NCBI GenBank assembly: GCA_002269645.1
Contig: NIVC01000656.1
Coordinates: forward strand, 1-64,000
Origin: Macrostomum lignano
Taxonomy: Eukaryota
DNA: 64,000 nt
Direction: 5' to 3'
Shown: in pieces, positions 63,881 to 64,000 of the stretch
Layout: each line of letters begins with the position of its first letter
Position numbering within the stretch: position 1 is the first letter of the stretch
Notes under the pieces: model-generated
The model's input: only the letters and a program-made list of their open reading frames with translations
What the model was told of the DNA's origin: nothing
Database searches by the model: none
Made by a program: the position numbers and the translations under genes

Positions 63881-64000
63881 CAACTGAGCTAAACTAACCG
63901 AACCGATCAAAGATCAGCCACCAGTACACTGCTCCAGAACGCCCCTATACTCAATATAAAAATTGATTGCTGTAAACTGCGTGGGAGTGAAATGGCATGC

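Noticed and set aside
62812-63910. Three long hydrophobic minus-strand ORFs
   Set aside because: Translation of the 22-bp minisatellite in all three frames.

Overview
Eukaryotic (invertebrate metazoan) genomic DNA. GC-rich exons are separated by introns and spacers filled with unrelated mini- and microsatellites, a layout resembling flatworm genomes such as Macrostomum (inference, not verified). Spliced gene models were rebuilt by hand from GT-AG sites and reading phase: an RTP-type 3CxxC zinc-finger gene, EXD3/mut-7 exonuclease (5 exons, 951 aa), RAB14 (3 exons), PIGC (3 exons) and GTDC1/QTMAN (2 exons), all on the minus strand. The plus strand carries an intronless GT32 glycosyltransferase and the 3' part of a gene with a PKA-pseudosubstrate (PKI-like) motif. 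A complete Ty3/gypsy element (identical 197-bp LTRs, 5-bp TSD) sits antisense in EXD3 intron 1. There are several MITE/foldback elements (P-like, hAT-like), one carrying a 28S rRNA-like fragment. The most unusual signal is a pair of paralogous small ORFs (20741-21190, nested in an EXD3 intron, and 43372-43641). Both have an N-myristoylation motif, a short N-domain, one TM helix, a Cys cluster or basic patch and an F-x(1-2)-N-x-G-F tail, an architecture resembling reovirus FAST fusogens (hypothesis). Most long ORFs in the supplied track are artefacts of tandem repeats.
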